Source: Eledone cirrhosa (taxonomy: Eukaryota). Taken from it: a DNA stretch of 64,000 nt. Of the stretch, positions 63,882 through 64,000 are shown piece by piece (position 1 is the stretch's first letter; each line of letters opens with the position of its first letter). The notes below the pieces were generated by a model, which ran no database searches, had not been told where the DNA came from, and saw nothing but the letters and a program-made list of their open reading frames with translations. A program made the translations under genes and the position numbers. Where the stretch lies: positions 238,204,001 to 238,268,000 of the forward strand of contig OZ024741.1 in NCBI GenBank assembly GCA_964016885.1, in the 5' to 3' direction.

Positions 63882-64000
63882 CTGCATTGTTTAATCCTGC
63901 ACTGTAGTTGTGTGTGATGGATGATGTGTATCCTGCTGTAGTATTCCAGTGTAACTGCTGCTACTGGCATGGTGGTGTTATGGTGTTACTGCTATTGTAG
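63882..64000 (-). other. 3' part of the putative 5' leader exon of P7 (splices to 62150)
   Basis: ATGCAG|GTATG donor; conserved block cut by the window edge. Confidence 0.7.

Overview
AT-rich, repeat-dense animal genomic DNA, most likely an octopod cephalopod. This is inferred from the protocadherin tandem array together with RTE-tailed and CORE-like SINEs. The window holds seven head-to-tail protocadherin paralogs on the minus strand, named here P1-P7 from left to right; P1 is cut at its 3' end and P7 at its 5' end. Comparing the copies gives one gene model for all of them: a conserved promoter-like block, a mostly non-coding leader exon ending ATGCAG|GT, a ~2.4 kb exon (signal peptide, six cadherin repeats, TM, proximal tail), a 148-nt exon and an 80-nt terminal coding exon. 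Each paralog is therefore a complete gene, with no shared constant region in this window. EC1, EC4-6, TM and tail are almost identical between copies, while EC2-EC3 are divergent and mosaic. Features visible only after splicing the copies by eye are: a Src-family SH3 ligand (RRLPPVP) plus SH2 ligand (YEEI) in the tail; a spliced uORF whose TGA overlaps the main ATG in 6 of 7 copies; and concerted loss of Ca2+-binding motifs at the EC3-EC4 linker. Introns carry RTE, CR1-like, CRE-like and R4-like LINE remnants, SINEs, a mariner relic, MITEs and Helentron-like elements. All splice calls come from the sequence alone, without transcript evidence.
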